A DNA stretch of 64,000 bases. Origin: Selaginella moellendorffii (taxonomy: Eukaryota; Plantae; Lycopodiophyta). A model generated the notes under the pieces. It was given only the letters and a program-made list of their open reading frames with translations. It made no database searches and was not told the origin of the DNA. Where the stretch lies: contig NW_003314320.1 in assembly GCF_000143415.4 (NCBI RefSeq), positions 370,586-434,585 of the forward strand, written 5' to 3'. The position numbers were made by a program, and so were the translations under genes. Of this stretch, positions 61,195 through 64,000 are shown one piece after another (within the stretch, counting starts at the first letter, position 1; the number at the start of each line of letters is the position of its first letter).

Positions 61195-64000
61195 CTACAC
61201 AGCGGCCGCAACCTTGTCCTGCTGCTGCCGATCGTGTTTCTTCATTCGCCTGCGGTAAGAATCCTAGAGACACGCGAGAAAAGAGATCATAACAATCGTG
61301 AGCTAGGAAATATTTAGCGATCTTACAAGAGGCTCGTCATCATCCGTGTCTCCCAACGCATCCCTTTGTGAACTCTCGGCTTCCGCAGTCCCATTTACTG
61401 CTGCTGCGTTGCTCCCATTCACTACACAGTCCAGCCCGGTGTTAAAAACAAAGGGCGAGTAGAAAAATCCCACCTTTTGGTCTTTTCTCGTTCTCAGATT
61501 GGTGGTGTTCGTCGTCACTATCACGCGTCCGTTTCTTGCCCTTCGGTTTCCTGCGAAATGCCAGACGATGAGAAACTCTTAACGATCAACACGCGGCTTT
61601 ACTTCTGGGAGCTCCCTTCGCTCGTCCTCTTCTTCGCCTTCGCTTGCCTGTAGTTAAAAGCACACGGTTAGCTTTTCACAGCGCATGGAAACGTCTACAT
61701 ACTCCCTAGGTGGCGGCGATGGAGAGGTGTCCTACAAGAGAAAAAACAAAAGCAATTAAGAAAAAAAATCGTTAGTCATTCCCGAACGGAACCAAAATCA
61801 TGCGTACCTCCTTCTCCTTCCCATCTACGTAATGCCAACGCTCTTTACTCATATCCAGCGTCTCTCTATCACCATCGTCATAGGACACCTACATACGAAC
61901 GAGAGAAAAGTTAGCCATGGTGAATCTCCTTTAATCACTTACGTGGTGTCTCTTTCTTTTCGCATCATACGACTTCACAACTCCACGGTAATACCTGAAT
62001 ACGATCCATAAGCATTACAGGACATCAACTTCGCCTAACTTACTTCTTATCGTCTGGCCACCACACCTTGACCCTTCGGCCTAGATGGGGTTCGGGTTCT
62101 TTTTCCTCGCTTTCACTTTTGCCGGGCTATTGATAAGTTACATGTCAAGTCAAGCTATCCCTTGTAAAAGGAAAGTACCTTATGAGAAGCTTGCTTTTTC
62201 CGTTTCGTAGTGCTAGCACCATCGTCCTGAGTTTTTAAGTTCATAAAACCCACAGATAGAACAACGACTTCACTATTTACCTTCTGTTTCTCCTTCTCTT
62301 TTTCCTTCTTGGCAATAGACTTCGGAGTCTGGCCTTTGGCATCCGCAGATGTAGCAGGAGAGTCTACCTCCACCTTCTGCTTTTTGGCTGGCCTCCCTCT
62401 CTTCTTCTGTCCAGGAGTGTCTTCCTGTTGCTTTTCTTTACTTGGCCTTCCCCGTTTTCTCTTGGGAGCATCATCACCGTCGTCTTCTGACATGCTTTCC
62501 GCTTCCTTCTCCTTACCTTTGCGGGCCGGAGTCTTTCCTTTACCCTTCTTAGTTTCAGCAGGACCGCTTTTCCGTGGTAAGGGATCCTCATCCTCGTCGT
62601 CATCTGATCCTTCTGCTCTTTTCTGTCCCCGCTGGTTTTCCAAACATGAAAAAGAGCCATGAGATGCTGTAAAGAACAATCGAAGTTTTAACCTGAGCTC
62701 CTTTGGGCATTGAAGATCGAAAACGATTCAGTACAGTCGATGTCAAGGCCGACGGCATATTGCTGCCATCCTCCTGTTAGAAGTATAGAGCAATTGATAA
62801 GTAATCACAAAAACCGCTTGTACCAACCTTTAAGCTGTCTTCATCAACGGGTTTATACAGGTTTGAAGGCAGACGTACATCTCCCTTGTAAGGCTCCGGT
62901 GAACGTTTCGACAGGTCCTTCGCTATGTGGAGACCGATGTCGCAAAGAGCGTACAGGTTCTACATAACATTTGCAAGTAATCTCTATCAGTGAATATGCA
63001 ATGACGCGAATACCTGAGTCGCCGCTGGAACATTTGCATCCTCCGTGTTTTTTATACGACGAAATATTTCCAGAACCGCAGCCAAATTATTTTCTTCTCT
63101 TTTCACATCCGTCTCTTGCCCAAGCAATGCATGAATGTACGAGTAAATCTGCCTGCAGCTTGGTGTGAGAAGTCAACACACTGATTATCAAACCATACTT
63201 GTAGAAAGGTTCATATGGAGCGGTCTCAGACGAGGACAGATCCGGAAATTGTGGATGATGAGCGAGAACGTGAATCAAGGACGTCAAGTGGTATTCTGGA
63301 TGGACGTTTAAACCTTCACTGCTCTTGAGACGAGCGACATTGCGACGAGTATTGTCGATAAAGTCAGTCATGTAACGTTGAGCCTACAAACAAGAATTCA
63401 AAAGCCTATAAAATATTTATGTTACACATTACCTCCTGTACGATATCTTTTCTTGAATCCACCGAGTACAAAGGATACACGATGGCGTATTTGTGAGGCA
63501 AACGTTGAAGTTTCAAGTACTGATGGGTTTTCAGCAAAAACTTCTGGCGTACATCAAAAACTGGATCCTGTGGCAATGACAGTGAGTAAGGTGATAGCCA
63601 ATCAGAAATTTACCTGCGCTGTCATCATTATAAACCGAGAAGTGGCAGCAGGGATTTCTTTGTCCCAGATTCGAGAAAGACGCAAAAAAGCCTTAGCAGC
63701 TGCAAGCCGCATGTGTGCCTTATCAATGTCACTGAAAAAAATAATAGAATTAGCAGCCAAAGAAAAGCGCTTCGTGCAGTAAACCTCGACTTCGACTCCT
63801 CGTTGATTGATCCGAATCTAAGAAGATTCAACAAAACCGGTTGGATAGTTTTTAACGAGCTTTGACGCAAATTTGCATCTTTATTTGGGAGGTAGCTTTT
63901 AATCAAAACCTTGAGACCATATATCTGCGAATTAAGATAAAACACTTAGGAAACGACAATCTACGTAAAAATATAATACGCACCTTCAGCATGCATTCCT
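61195..64000 (-). CDS. PDS5: PDS5 cohesin-associated protein, 3' part (multi-exon; 5' end outside the window)
   Basis: HMRLAAAKAFLRL, HPEYHLTSLIHVLAHHP, AT-hook-like KRGRP motifs, C-terminal Tudor-like IGRRVKVWWPDDK..YDDGD. Confidence 0.9.

Overview
Eukaryotic land-plant nuclear DNA. Very short (about 50-70 nt) GT-AG introns, extreme gene density and PLS-type PPR genes suggest the lycophyte Selaginella (inferred, not verified). Three zones. (1) 1-13.3 kb is a rearranged accessory region. It holds a decayed Helitron Rep, three intronless paralogous F-box genes, three copies of an unannotated ~98-aa helical protein gene sharing a W-box/TATA promoter (one intact, one nonsense/frameshifted, one broken by an internal inversion), and inverted fragments of the neighbouring metallophosphoesterase. 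(2) 13.4-41 kb is tightly packed conserved genes: metallophosphoesterase, PPR, CHD3/PICKLE, kelch protein, PPR-DYW, DUF4336, a small membrane protein, plastid SecA1, PPR, NusB-like and PIN. (3) 42-59.6 kb is a nested retrotransposon island: TRIM-like elements, two solo LTRs with TSDs, a young non-autonomous LTR element inserted in one of them, and an old Ty3/gypsy. It is followed by a germin-like gene and the 3' part of PDS5. The best candidate for an undescribed system is the F-box plus small helical protein cluster.
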